64,000 nt of DNA from NCBI GenBank assembly GCA_965235115.1, contig OZ249449.1, positions 9,362,001-9,426,000 of the forward strand, given 5' to 3'. Shown here piece by piece: positions 63,521 to 64,000 of the stretch (positions are counted from its first letter, which is position 1; each line of letters starts with the position of its first letter). This stretch comes from Laetmonice hystrix. Lineage: Eukaryota. Made by a program: the position numbers and the translations under genes. The notes below the pieces were generated by a model. It worked only from the letters and a program-made list of their open reading frames with translations, made no database searches and was not told the origin of the DNA.

Positions 63521-64000
63521 TATAGGAGAGATACGGTTGAGCAATCATGAATTGGAAGTCGGTTTGGCAATCGAGTGAACCTTTGCTCACTGCTAGTTTG
63601 TCATGCTTCTCAGAAGTATAAACAATTTGATCTGATCTGGGTAGTTTTTTAAAGGACTAAAGGCGACACTTGAAAGTAGAAGCTCTTTAGTAAGGGTCGG
63701 TAAGGGAGTTCCCCTTAACCATCGTGCAGGAAAATTAAATCATAGTCCATAGACTTAAAAATAATCTACGACGGGAGCGTGTTACTAACGACACAGCGAT
63801 ACCCGGTGACGTTTTGGTTCTCTGCCTTACGTTGTGACCTAAATTTATTAGACCCGATTACGTCACTGTGATGCCACAATCTCAGACATGTAGTGCAGTA
63901 GGCCTATAGGTGTAGTGAAATGCATGTATGGCGTGTTATAAAACACATGTTGACTGGCCACATGTGGAAAGCCTAACTGAACTAGAGGGCCTCCAATAAT

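Overview
Intron-rich animal genomic DNA. The Na,K-ATPase sequence looks lophotrochozoan (mollusc/annelid/brachiopod-like); this is an inference. I assembled six genes exon by exon, with consistent splice phases. (1) AT-hook/C2H2 zinc-finger gene on +, 5' end outside the window, stop at 3194. (2) Na+/K+-ATPase alpha subunit on -, 5952-29576, about 1037 aa. (3) ETHE1 persulfide dioxygenase on +, 31900-35080. (4) GH35 beta-galactosidase (GLB1L2/3-like) on +, 36451-42971. (5) TRAPPC4 on -, 46037-48852. (6) Nicastrin on +, 49252-58727. There are also many non-autonomous TIR elements, a decayed LINE and tandem repeats. The best finding is in the Na,K-ATPase gene: four tandem, intact 114-nt copies of the exon encoding transmembrane helix M2 and the M2-to-A-domain linker (19643-19756, 18706-18819, 17945-18058, 17451-17564). 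They have the architecture of a mutually exclusive exon cassette, directly after cardiotonic-steroid residue N122. The same gene has two alternative first coding exons, a candidate 6-nt microexon and candidate long-range intronic pairings. Separately, three genes carry tandem repeats that span a splice junction and multiply a splice site (ZNF donor x4, TRAPPC4 donor about x20, nicastrin acceptor x3). Splicing claims are predictions from DNA; no transcript data were available.
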